Of a stretch of 64,000 nucleotides of DNA, positions 26,628 through 39,013 are shown piece after piece. Every line of letters begins with the position of its first letter. Within the stretch, counting starts at the first letter, position 1. The notes under the pieces are model-generated. The model worked only from the letters and a program-made list of their open reading frames with translations, had not been told where the DNA came from and did not search any database. Both the position numbers and the translations under genes were made by a program. Origin of the DNA: Podarcis pityusensis (Eukaryota); assembly GCA_964106645.2 (NCBI GenBank), contig OZ067040.1. One strand, 5' to 3'.

Positions 26628-26904
26628 CAGTGGTACCTCGCAAGACGAATGCCTCGCAAGACGAAAAACACGCAAGACGAAAGAGTTTTCCGTTTTTTGA
26701 GTCGTTCCGCAAGACGAATTTCCCTTTCGTCTTGCTTTGCAAGACGAAACTTCTTGCGAGTTTGTTTCCTTTTTCTTAAAGCCGCTAAGCCACTAAGCCG
26801 TTAATAGCCGCTAAGCCGCTAATAGCCGTGCTTCGCAAGACGAAAAAACCGCAAGACGAAGAGACTCGCGGAATGGATTAATTTCGTCTTGCGAGGCACC
26901 ACTG
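26628..26904. mobile_element. Tc1/pogo-type MITE (family E), CpG-rich with internal repeats
   Basis: TA TSD; TIR CAGTGGTACCTCGCAAGACGAA / TTCGTCTTGCGAGGCACCACTG; GCAAGACGAA repeated throughout. Confidence 0.9.
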
Positions 26905-29900
26905 TATATTATTAAAGAATGCCACCAATTCCACTAAAATAGCTTGCTTATTGACTGTGTTATATACACTTCATTCACTTAACTGAAAGAAGCATACCTC
27001 TTCATTTATACCTCCAGGATGCTTTTTAAGTTAAAGTATAAACTCAGGAAAGACATGCATGCATGCACAGTATTGAATTGTAGCTGGTTAGAAGCTCTCC
27101 AATTTAATGCTGGCGAAGCCTTCCTTTATCTCTGTACAATATGTATAGTAGCACCATCTGTTGAACTATTAAACCATCATCCTAGCTTCTCACATTAAGA
27201 GCTCAGTCAGTGGCGATACAGGGTGCTTCCCGAACTGCCTTTTTTTTAATATTAACTCTTTCCGCCTTACTTGCCAATACAAATAAAACCAGGCCAGTCA
27301 AGAAGCTAGGAAATGTCATAAGAAAAACAAAGGAAAGCCCATATAAACACCCTGCAGTCACAGGACAGAACAATCCGCCTTGTTTATATCAACAAAGCTA
27401 AGTTTAGTATATTAATGTCTAGTGGGAATATGTTTTCAAATCACTAGCTCTTCTGTGAAAAGAATCTTTGCATAAAGTGAACGGTCCCTTAAAGAAAAAG
27501 AAAAAGAAACCTCTCACATGAAGTAGTGTACAAGACAAGCTAAGCTTTTCTAGGTGCAAAGGTTTTATTTCGACAGTAATGGGAAATGTCTACCTTGCAC
27601 AGAATAGCGCCACTGTGACCAAACTTGGTAACGTGTCGGCTCCTATTTCAGGCTGTACTTTTTTAACTGTAGGAGATATTTGATAAAGGAAAGAGAGGGG
27701 CGGGGAGGGGTGGGGGGGTGGAGAGAAAGAAAAGAAGCAAGCTCTTCAGTGACGCGTGCGGAGCACGTGGAAGGTAAATCCCCTAATTCATTCTATTCTT
27801 CCAGCATTCCTTGGCGGGTAGCCAAGCTAAATATTTCTGCTGGATAAAAATGTGCTGTTGTACGCAGCAGCCCTCTCTTAACTGGACAGCTAACTGTGGG
27901 AGAAGGGGGGCTTCTCCAAGCAGATGACGAGCCAACATGTGTGCCCCTTTATCTATTTATTTATTTATTTATTTTATTAAAAGGCGAGCTTTATGGGCTG
28001 TGATTGGATTAACAGTGAACCCTGGAGAAAGAGGAAAAACAAATTGGGAAACGGGTTTAGCACCCCCACCTTTTTGTCATCTTCTTTCAGGATTTCCTGG
28101 CTGGCTGCCACCTTGAGTCTATTGAATGTTCTTTAGATAAATCAATTAAAAAGGCTTTAATATTTGGGTGATTGGAGCGGAGCATATGGGCTGTGGTGCT
28201 GGTGTCATGCGGTGCTTGCCGTTAATTGAAATGATTAATAGAAGTGTTATTTTCCTTAAGACTAATTGACGAAAATAATGTAATTGAAAGCGTGGTCGGC
28301 TTCTCCTAAATGCTGTTGAATCCTTCTGGATAACCCATGTCCATCGACCATTTCCTGAAACTAGCAAATAATAGAAGTTTTTTAAAAAATCACACAATAA
28401 TTGTTGTTCTGTTTAACAATAAACGTAAAAGAGTGGGTTTTTTGTATTTCTGTTTCAACGAATAATTCCTAAATTAACGTGCATCATGCATTTAGTGACT
28501 TTTAATTAATGAAATTAAACAGTTATGTGGCTTGCTTGCATCGTGCAACGGAGACTGAGTTTTCTGTGACAAGCTAAGTCTTAACATTCCTGTTTCAGTA
28601 GTGTAAGTACAAGCCTTAGTGCTTATGAAGCCACTGCTGTTGTGTCATTTCCTAGCGCTGCATTTCAGAAACTGTCCCCAGACAACAATTCCGCCTTTGA
28701 AATCTCATGTCCTGGAAAATCCGGACGTATGGCAGCCCTACATTTCCTGGCAGCTTAACATGTAGGCCAGAGTATTTCAGCTGGCCCTTAACCTCTCTGT
28801 CATGCATTACATCAGCATGGTCAGTCCAGTCTTTTTGAACTTACTGCCAGCTCCACAGTGTATGTCTTGCCTTGATTCAACATTCCATTGTTTGCAGTTT
28901 GAACACTTACATGCTTCATTTACTCCTAGTGTAACAGCACAAGATATCAGCCAAAATCTGCAAGCATTTCTGCATGGCTACTGCAGAGTTTTTAATTGCT
29001 CCTTCTCAGAAGCAGCTGCTTTTTCCACCCTCCCACAACTTTTGCTGCATAAGCAAATTTCAAAAACAGTTTTTGATTGGCACATTCTGTTCCTGTTCTA
29101 TGGTTTGTGTATGTAATATTCTACCACTGTTGAAAGTTTAGGAATGGGGTGCTAATGCCAGATTTTTCCCAGTCTGGCAACAAAAAAAACCCTGATTTTT
29201 TTGTGCTGATAAATAATACTATTCAGCTTGTCATTTTTCCTGGTGGGGAGATCAAGGCAAGAGACAGAGTAGTGAGGCATCTTTCTCGGCTTATATGCTA
29301 GTGGCCAGGCTTTGCAACTTCTCCTTGAAATATCCTAACCCTTTTATAAGTGATGGTGTCCTTATATACATATGTGCAGAGGAGGAGCAAACATGTGATG
29401 TATCTGCTTTCCTCCTCTGCCGTAATCTAGATCATGTTGTGCATGATAGAGATCTCTGAGGAGCTGTCATCCAAAACACCTGGTGTGCGCTTCTGTATGC
29501 TATGATGTAAGTGCAGAAGCCCAGAAACAATCCAGTGCATGGTTAATACAGCAAATAAAATATATGAGGAAAGAGTTTTCTTCCTCAAGGCTTTACCTTC
29601 AGAACTTGGGAAACTTTTGTAAGCTTGGCTCAGCTGAGGAGCAGGCATGCCCTTTCAGGCACCACAAAATCAGCCAATGTAATCCTTTGTTACGAAACCC
29701 AGGCAATTGTGTGGTTTACATGATAGTGTCGGTTTTAAAGACTTCCCACACATTTCCAGTCTTTTTTTAATTTTTGGTTTAAAGAAGCTTTTGTATCATC
29801 AAAAGCTATAACCCCATTGAATAATGTAGCCTACTTGAATGGCTGAATTGGACTGTGGAAGGGAAGTCTTCAGGTTAGTGGCTGTTCTATGCAAGTAATT

Positions 29901-30167
29901 CTAGCTCCAGACTTACTTGCTACCAATTGCCTAACTTGTGAGAAGGTGCAAGCAAGAATATTATGGTGCACTGTACTTTTCATATAGAAAAATTTTTGGG
30001 GGGGGAATTGTATTCATAACAACATTATTTCAGAATATTCAGCATGCACTAATATACAACTGCACACTATAAAATGTTTGCCATAAAATTTATTTTTAAT
30101 AATTTATTTTATTTTAATCAGGTTTGAGGGTTGGAGGATATTGTGTCTGTGTGGCGTTGGTATAGAC

Positions 30168-30417
30168 CAGGGGTCAGCAAACTTTTTCAGCAGGGGGCTA
30201 GTTCACTGTCCCTCAGACCTTGTTGGGGGTCGGACTATTTGGGGGGGGGGGGGAATGAACGAATTCCTATGCCCACAAATAACCCAGAGATGCATTTTAA
30301 ATAAAAGGACACATACTACTCATGTAAAAACAGGCTGATTCCCAGACCACCCACAGGCTGGATTTAGAAGGCTATTGGGCCGGCGCCGGCCCCCGGGCCT
30401 TAGTTTGCCTACCCATG
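30168..30417. mobile_element. hAT-type MITE (family A, copy 2)
   Basis: TIR CAGGGGTCAGCAAAC / GTTTGCCTACCCATG; TSD GTATAGAC / GTATAGAT; internal AATTCCTATGCCCACAAATAACCCAGAGATGCATTTTAAATAAAAGGACACA shared with 3203-3454. Confidence 0.85.
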
Positions 30418-30542
30418 GTATAGATGTGTTACTGAGGAACTGCTCTGAGTTAAGTTAGTCGGACTTACCCTACAGATTAATTTATTTTATTTCTGTATAT
30501 AATCATTCTGTCTTATGAAGCAGTCAACAGTATAGATATAAG

Positions 30543-30886
30543 CAGCGGCGTAGCTAGCCATTCAGGCACCCAGGGTGGCTCGTTGGCATTGTGCTGGAGA
30601 GAGCCATCCATGGGGGTGAGGCAAGCTGCCCACTGGGCAGGTCAAGCCGGGGCAGGGCTCACTGTGTGGAACCTGTAGGGTGGCTGAAGGGGAGGTGGTG
30701 GGCAGAAGCAAGCCCCACGCTGCCGTTTCGGGCAGTGCAGAGCCTTCAGGCACCCAAGCCACTGTGTCACTTCCAGGTAAGACATGGCTCGGGTGTGTTG
30801 CAGGCCCCACAGTAAGTGCCGCCCCCCCATGGTGTGGCGTCCAGTGCTCCCTGCCCTGCCCCTCCCACCCCCTAGGTACGCCTCTG
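30543..30886. mobile_element. GC-rich hAT-like non-autonomous element
   Basis: TIRs CAGCGGCGTAGCTAG / CTAGGTACGCCTCTG; TSD not clean. Confidence 0.65.
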
Positions 30887-31173
30887 ATATATGGACATAT
30901 GTCAGCTCATTGTTTACTTTAAAGCCTTCATACTGGATGGAGAGGCAGGGTTGAAATAGAAAAATAACAGTTAAATTCTTTGGACGTGACATGGCTTTGC
31001 CCTAAACATTCTTATAGCAGCACTCCAGCTCTTCAGGGGAAAGTGCCTTACCTTCTTTGTCCTCACTCCAAAGTTGTTTGAGTAAAGTGGAAAGCTGCAG
31101 GCTCATCACTGCAGTCCAAACACCTCACCTTACCTGAGGTGGCTGGTCTGACGAGGCCAGTATCTTTTTTAAG

Positions 31174-31491
31174 TAGGATGGGGAACCTGTGGCCCTGCAG
31201 ACACAAGTGCCAACTTAAATATAATATTGGAGGGCCCAGGTAAGCCCTGCCCCGCACAATCATAAGATGCAGCACACACCCACACCATTTTATTGGCAAT
31301 GCCCATCAAGTTTGGGGAGGAAGCTAAAATATTGTATGGGGGGGTGAAGGGACCTCCGCTCCTCGGAGTTGGCTCCTATGCCTGCAAATGTTGCTAGACT
31401 ACAACTCCCATCATCCCTGACCATTGGCCATGCTCACTGGGACTGACTGGAGTCTAGCAACATCTGGAGAGCCACATGTTCCCCACTGCTG
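31174..31491. mobile_element. palindromic hAT-like element interrupted by a second hAT-like MITE (31202-31380)
   Basis: Outer GGGGAACCTGTGGCCCT...GACTACAACTCCC...GAGCCACATGTTCCCC; inner element with GCCAACT / AGTTGGC ends and TSD CCTGCAGA / CCTGCAAA. Confidence 0.7.
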
Positions 31492-34400
31492 TTTCCCACT
31501 TAAGGAAATTTAGTCTTCCTTGCACATTCCCCTTTTTCTCCGAACAAGTGATCAGAAAACAGTGCATATGGTTTGCATATGAGCAACGTATTATTTATTT
31601 CTGCTAATATAAATATCACCTAACGACAAGAGGAAACTGTTGCAGATTGTAGATATACAACACCAGCACCTGTTAACGCGAATCTCTGAACATTTTAGGA
31701 GAAACGGGGTTGCTGTGATCAGATGAATGTTATATATGTGCAAGTGTGGCAGTACACACACAGCTTTCAGTTGTTGCAGTAGTTCTCTGGATTGGGGTCT
31801 TTACGTTTTAGGTGAACTGTACTGCAGAAACAGAAAGTTGCCACAAACAGCTGATAGTTTACTGACATTTCTATCAGTAAGCTAAATCCATTGATACTTG
31901 GTTTTTGGTTTTGAAACAATTCCCATTAGTCCTGAATCCAATCCAGAAGTCAGGGATCAAAGCAAAGCCCATATTTTATTCAATCAATGTACATCTCAGG
32001 TAACTTGAAAAATGTCTTTATTACATAGGAAAGGCACCGAGTCTGTGTAGGAACACAGTATATTTATTAAGGATACTGTTTCATGATTTTTGTACTTGAG
32101 TGTCTTTTAACATTGATAAATAAATGAAAGATTTTAAAAAATCACTCAAGTCTGTATTTTAATGTCATATTATTATATAATGGAAAATTAAATCAGACAA
32201 AGTTTGTGCTGGTACCTTCCTTAATTTATTTGTCAAATGCATAGTCTGCCTTTCAAAAATAAAACACTTCCCAAGGTGGTTTACAGGAGTATATCAAAAT
32301 GCAAACAATAAAATGCAATAAATACAATTTAAAGCATTTTGATCATCTCAACACATTATTTATTTTGCATTATTAAATTATCTGATGTTATTAAACTATT
32401 GCAACTTTTCAGTAAAATTCAGTAAAATATAACATATTGAAGCCACTAGAATGAGATCACGCTAGCCAGTCTCCAACCAAACTGCAAATAATTGCAATAA
32501 GCTGTGGCAGAAAAGGTGGGTTTTTAAAGCCCCTGTGAAAGTATCTGTTTAAATATTTTTGATTATTTCCCAAAGGTCTTGGTAATCAGAATTATCAGAC
32601 CACCAGCCTAAGAAGAGTTTATTTTGTTAATTGCTCTTGTTAAGCCTAATTACTGAATGGGGTGGAGTAGAAGGAAAGGGGTGGGGGGAAATCTTCTCAC
32701 AGGAGGAAATTCTAAAATCCAAGGCTCGGCTCCAGACAGGGTTAGAGGAGTGTCTCAGTGTGAGAGGTAGAGAGCATGTGTCCTGCGTGTTAATGTGTGC
32801 ATGCGTGTGCGTGGTGTGTGAATGAGTGAGTGAATGAGTGAGTGACAGAAGACAAATATATGGACTAAAACCCTGGGATGCATGAACGAAGATTGGAAAC
32901 CTGTCCTACATGGCTGTTCAAAGGTACTGCTAAAGAATATACTGCATTAGATTAATATTTATGTATTAAATGACTGTGGTTTTAATTGTCTTACAGTATA
33001 CCTTTTGCTATGTTGTTGTTGTTTTTTACTTTAGTTTTAAAGAAAACCTCTTGTGTATGCACTCCAGTTAGCTTTGGCAACGTGCGTTTGTCTGTTTTCA
33101 TAACACTATTTCATAATGGAAATTATATGCAACTGTTCAAAACGAATGTCTTTGCAAAGAAAAGGGCCAGCATTTTAAAAAAAGTTTTCTGTTTTGTTTG
33201 GGTACAGTCCTAGTTCATAGCATTTATAGCACTGTATTGCATTCCTCTTTTTTGGTATCCCTCCTATAACATCAGTTTACTTCAGTAAACAGAAGTGCAA
33301 AACATAGATGGAAGTTTTAGTAGGTGTTACCTCATGTGTTTATGACCTGAAGTTTTATTGCTTTGAGATTAAAATGGTAGGAATTTGCATCTTGCCTTAT
33401 TTAACCACACTTTTTTTGTGTGTATGCTACTAAAACCTTTCAGTGCTGTGCATTAAACAACACTCCCGTTGTACACAAAAGAAAAATGCTACTGTTCTGT
33501 GACAAATGAGTGTTTGGGTGGCACGGGCAGTGAGTTACGTGAGTGATTCTTCTTCTGGCTAGCTGGAGATACTGAATAAATGTGTTTACTTTCTCCCTCC
33601 TCCCATGGTATTTATACTAGTTAATGTGTTGCGCCAGATAAATCTGTTTCCTGAGTCCATCTTTCAGCTCTGTTCTTTTCCTTCCCGGTTGACAAATGGT
33701 TTGAGTTTGACACAGTTTTATCAGCTGGGCCCCTGCTGGGTACTGCTTGCTTTTGCTTTTATCATGGAAAGTAAATTATTTGCAATATTCTAACTAGCAG
33801 TTGGCAGGTCCAATTTAGTATGAACTGCCTGTTGTCTTTTCTTTGCAAAGCCCAGTTGTTATCCTAAATGGAAACAAAAGATCCAGGACATTTTCTATTA
33901 CAAGCTGTTCCTCCCCCCTCCCCCTTTTTTATTATTATTCGAAAGCACTTCTTCATTTGTTTAGTTAACTAAAGCTTCATATGTTGAAATATAGGCTGGG
34001 CTGTCATTTCTAGTAACCTTATCTATAGTCTCCATAATTTCTTTGTTTAAAAGTATTGTTGTTTCTAGTACAGAAGTGTGGTGGTGGGGAGCTAGACTAG
34101 GATGCAAGTGAAATGGTAAACATAAGTAGGTTTCTTATTTTTCTTTTATTAGTAAGCTTCTATTAAAATAGAGAGAGACTAGTGACTTATTTTTAAAACA
34201 TTATTTAAAACAAATGGACATTAGTAATCCGTCTGACTTGGACAACTGAAAGAAGCCAGCGAACGGCATTACTGACAGCTTGACTGGGGGCAGCACAGTG
34301 GAACTCTCCACTCTCTGCACATGAAAGTATTCCTGGTAAAACTGTAAATGAAATGTTTTGAGAAGCCTGTGACAATTAGGACTCCAGTCCAAAAAATCCA

Positions 34401-35353
34401 ACAACAAGCTGTCGCAAAACATTAAGCCATGCTGCATGGGGAAATAAAATAAAAGTCTCTTCTGTCAGCTCTGCTAGCATAAGAAGGTAGGGGAAGAGGC
34501 ACTTAAGAAATAAGAGGGTAGAATGCTGCTAACTCGGAAATAGGCATTAGTTCCAAGATTATTCTCCAAAGTATGTTCAGATATAAATAAATGCATAGAA
34601 TTTTTTAAGACCAGTAGGCATTCCTACAACCATATATTTTTATTCCTGTGCTGCCAAATCCAGGCACCCTGAAATTATTAAGTGAGCTCTGCAAGGGAAT
34701 TAATTATGCTGTTTTGAATCTAGTAGATGCAGATATACAAAGTTTCCTCTGCTATTATGCACACTAACAAACATAAATAATTACCTGTCTTGTGAGAACT
34801 ATATGGAAAGCCTAGGATTCAATTTGCTGAAAGGCAGCACTCCTAGCTCCACTTACTGGGAGTAAACCCCATTTAAATTCAGCACGTCTTTCTTCTGAGT
34901 AGGTATGGTTAGAACTGCAGTGTTTGTTAGCATAACAGTATTCTTATGTATATAGCTTATCGGAAGAATAATGCACTAAAAAAACCCTATATAGTCTAGC
35001 TGAACACACACATATCAGTGAATGGATAGAAGTAAAATCTCAAAGTGTGTGGGTGGTGTATGAAAACACACACACACACACACACACAAGTGTAACGTGC
35101 AAGTTTGGCAGCCAGTATTGGTCAGACAATTTGGCTTGTCATTGTGCATGTGCTCCACTAGTCTTGAGCTTTTTTTAAAGTACAGTTTAGTCACAATTTT
35201 GCCAAACAACTGGCTGCTGTTTGCAGATTAGAATATTGTTTGGCGTTACAGAAATATTATCCTGGTGCTGAGTTCTGATGTTTTCTCTTTCCTCTCTGCT
35301 AACACTCCTCTGTGCTTTTGGAGGAGGCGGGAAGGGGTGGAGAGAGGTCCAGA

Positions 35354-35414
35354 TGGGAAGAAAACAGGTCCTGAAAAGACCACATAGGAACTAGGTCAGG
35401 TACTCTGGAGATTA
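35354..35414. promoter_or_regulatory. candidate enhancer: RBPJ-like, RORE and OTX motifs
   Basis: TGGGAA 35354-35359, AACTAGGTCA 35389-35398, AGATTA 35409-35414; about 6.3 kb upstream of the PRDM1 TSS; motif evidence only. Confidence 0.4.
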
Positions 35415-38247
35415 AAGAAGCATGCTTCATCCCTGTGTGCAGGAGGCAGGGACAAGCAGCACACAATTACAAGGAATTAGAACAGCAACAAGTAGTTCAG
35501 ATTTATCAGCTTTAATTGTCTATTGTCAGGACAGAGCTGCTCTTGTAGATCAGGCTGCTGCCAGTGCCTTAATACCTCTAATGGACTCTCCATTGTGGGA
35601 TTATCTCTTCTAGGGGACAGTGTCTTTCTTTAAAAGTTGTTGTTTTGGGAGATGCAAAAGAAGTAAAAATAAAAAACAAAAACAGGCCCAGCCTTTAGGT
35701 AGTCTCCAACACACACACATATATATATATACACACACACACCACTTCCTTGACATGTTGTCTGCTTAAGGAAGTCAGGATGAAGACCCTTGTGATGCCT
35801 TTCTGTCAGCAACCTGTATTCTTTTGCTGGAACTGAGAAACACCTATTTGAACATTAACCTTCCTTAGGTCAACCTTACTCAATGAGCCCCAGTGGGAAA
35901 ACAATAGCCTGTTGATAATCGAGCAGATAAGCAGAGATGCATCATTATAAAGGGGGAGTGGGAGGGAAGGAGGGCTCTCAGTTCTCTTTGTTTTAAAAGC
36001 TTTCCTGGATTTTGCAAAGCAAACATTTACAACATTTGGAAAGAAGGATAAGGTGTCAGCTATTTAATGAGAACAGATGAATTTTTTGTTTTGATACATG
36101 CCAGTTTGACTGGATTGAAAGGGTGCAACCACTATTGTCAGATAGGTAGGAAGTGAAAACCACCTCTCCAGAGAATGAGGAAAAGGGATAACTTTCTTAG
36201 AGTAAGAAAATGTGATCAATGGTAATGGAGTCCCTTTAGGAATTAAGGCAATTGGTTTCTATAGAGTATGTTTTGTTGTTTCATTCTGCTTAAGGGTTGG
36301 TTTTTAGGAGTAAGTGATGTTCATAAGTGCATTTCAGCTAGGACATTGTATAATGTTATTTCAAGAGACACTAAGACATGCACTTACTTAAAAACAAATA
36401 GCAATTGCAAAACTCCTTAAGGTTACCACTTATTACTCACCACTAAATGTAATGCAGCCACACCTCTTCAACCATTGATCACACTTTTAGTTCTAAGAAG
36501 TCTTTGTGCCTGTTCTCTTCCTTTGTTGCCAACCCTGTTTTAAAACAAAATGTACAGTATAAATCTTCAGAACATCTTCAATTAATTAAGTCAATTCAAT
36601 GGATAGAAATGTGTCCTGAGTTCAAATTACTGCTAATGCATGTACTTTGCAGGTGGCTTTGGAAAAGCTGCCATATATTAACTTTGATTCTCTATCTGTA
36701 AAGGGGCGAGAATATTTGATAGAAGAAGCTATAAAGAAATATTAAGAAGTGTATGTACATTGGTATGATTAATGACTGATTATATAGTCATTACATTAGG
36801 ATCCCTAATGCCACATCTGCTTGTTCATCCAGTGGGCAAGATTGAGAAAGGAGATACAAAACTTTACCTGTATTTATTCAGAGCTAACTGGTAAACCTAA
36901 GCATTTTATGTTAGAGTTATCTTGTTTTTAGAATCCCTTTAAGAAGGGAATGAATGTTAAACTAAGTGGAATTTAGCTAGTACTGGGTATTCCAGAACAA
37001 GTTACAATGCTTTGCACATTCATTTAGACTCACAATGAGGCAGAAGAAGGATCGTATATATTATAATAAAGCTAGCTCTCCCCCTGGATTGCTACCTCTG
37101 GGACATTTAGTATCTTTCCATGGGTGGAAAGAAAATAGCCAGTAGCATTGTCCCACAAATGCTTGCACGCTGCAGGCAACATCTATTGTTGCATAAGTGG
37201 ACTTGCCCTCTTACTCTTCCCCCTCACACCCCAAACCAGCTCCAGAGGGCCCCACAACCCCGCTGGTCATCCTGCATGATTTGATTTTTCTCATGCAACC
37301 CTTTAGCACAAGGTGTAAAAAAGCAATTCAGTGACATCTTCCACATCCAGATGGCAGCCTCTGACTTCAACATATGGCAAGGAATAAGATAAATAACGTA
37401 GCACCATGCACATTTTTTTTCTTTCAAAAATGAGGTGGGTGTTGACACTGTATAATACTAATAACAAACCTTAGGTAAATTTGGAATGCACTCTTATTCT
37501 TCATCTAAAAAGCTGCTTTCTCAAGAAAGCGTCTTGGAATACTATTGCTCTCAAGCTGGCATTTGAAGTGTGCAGAACATTTGTTGTTGCCAAATTTGGT
37601 GGGGCCTGAAGTGACCAGATTAATTTTCCTCATGCAAGGAAACGAACCATGTACACCACCTTATAGTCCTTGGAACAAAAAACGGGATATAAATGCAATA
37701 ATAAATTGGAGGAGAGTGCATTAGGATTTGTTTTTTAAGCACGTCACATTGTAAAAGGCATGCATCAGTGCCTTTATGCTCATTTTTAGGATCATGATCT
37801 GGTTGCCTCCCTAATGTTTACAGCCATAACAATGCCAATATGGAGGAGGAGGAAAATGAAGGGATTTGTTGCTTCTGTTGATGTGGTCATTCTGTCCCTG
37901 ACCTTCTTTGTGTAAGAAGGGGGAGGATGTGAAAATAGCTGTGTTTTAATCTTTGGGGCACTTTAAGGCCCCTAAAGAAAGTTTCTCCAGCCATTTTCCA
38001 GGTGCATTGCACTCTTGGTCCTGCTACCCCCCCCCCCCTTTTAAATGATGTATATGCATAGGCATAAAGAAAATGTTGAAGAAAACAGCAGCTGCAGCTG
38101 AAGCTTGAGTAGCATCAGTTTACTGTGGAGCTAGAGTGGCTGATACCATCAAAGGAAGTGGGGTGGGGGTGAAGAGAAAGAGTTTCTGACATCAGCGCCT
38201 GTTGGAGCCATTCATGATTTGCTGCTGGACTGCAAGCTATTGCACAC

Positions 38248-38251
<4 letters not shown>

Positions 38252-38292
<41 letters not shown>
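38252..38292. repeat. (AG)20 microsatellite
   Basis: Direct reading. Confidence 0.95.
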
Positions 38293-38297
<5 letters not shown>

Positions 38298-38787
38298 CTC
38301 AGAAATGCTGACTAATAAGGTAGTTGAGGTTTTCTGTGAGCAAAGAGGGGAAAATGAAAATGATTAAAAAGTCCTTTTTCTGAAATGAACAACACTGAGA
38401 CTGCAATTTCTAGATGACAGCACCTACTGCTATGAGAGAATCCTATGCAAAAACAAAAAAACTGCCAGTCAAGTCACTCACACCTTGATAAATATAGGTA
38501 CAAGCACACATTTGTGCGCGCACACAAGTCATGAAATCATTGGCTGTGTACATACATAAGGGACAGAAGCTATGTCCTATTTGCCACCTTTAATCTGATA
38601 TGTTTGCTATGTTATGTGTTCATCTTCACTTTGTTTTGCTGGAGATACTGATATTCTGATCCAATACTTTTACTAAGAAAGACCTACATATGAAGCCTTG
38701 GGGGGGGGGGGGGAATGTCACTAAAAAACTTCAATTCCTTCTGAACAGTCAGTTAGTGTTATGCAGTTCTTGCAACTCTCCATGATA

Positions 38788-39013
38788 CAGTGGTACCTCG
38801 GGTTACAGACGCTGAGGGTTACAGACTCTGCTAACCAGGAAGTGGTTGCTCCAGGTTAAGAACTTTGCCCCAGGATAAGAACGGAAATTGCTCGCCAGTG
38901 GCGCAGCGGAAGCAAGAGGCCCCATTAGCGAAAGCACGCCTCAGGTTAAGAACCATTTAAGGTTAAGAACGGACCTCTGGAATGAATTAAGTTCTTAACC
39001 TGAGGTACCACTG
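38788..39013. mobile_element. Tc1/pogo-type MITE (family C, copy 2)
   Basis: TA TSD; TIR CAGTGGTACCTCGGGTTA / TAACCTGAGGTACCACTG; colinear with 8452-8677. Confidence 0.88.

Noticed and set aside
26363-26779. 138-aa ORF
   Set aside because: Runs into the MITE and has no protein family signature
26628-26904. CRISPR-like appearance of repeated GCAAGACGAA
   Set aside because: Repeats are only 10 bp, irregularly spaced, in both orientations and inside TA-flanked TIRs in a vertebrate genome; it is a MITE
27690-27780. CpG-containing patch with CACGTG/GCGTG and AAG|GTAAAT as a possible alternative first exon
   Set aside because: Only short motifs and a mediocre donor; needs transcript data
29376-29420. 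45-nt hairpin GCAGAGGAGGA...TCCTCCTCTGC as a possible miRNA
   Set aside because: Too short for a pre-miRNA with basal stem; more likely a transposon remnant or chance
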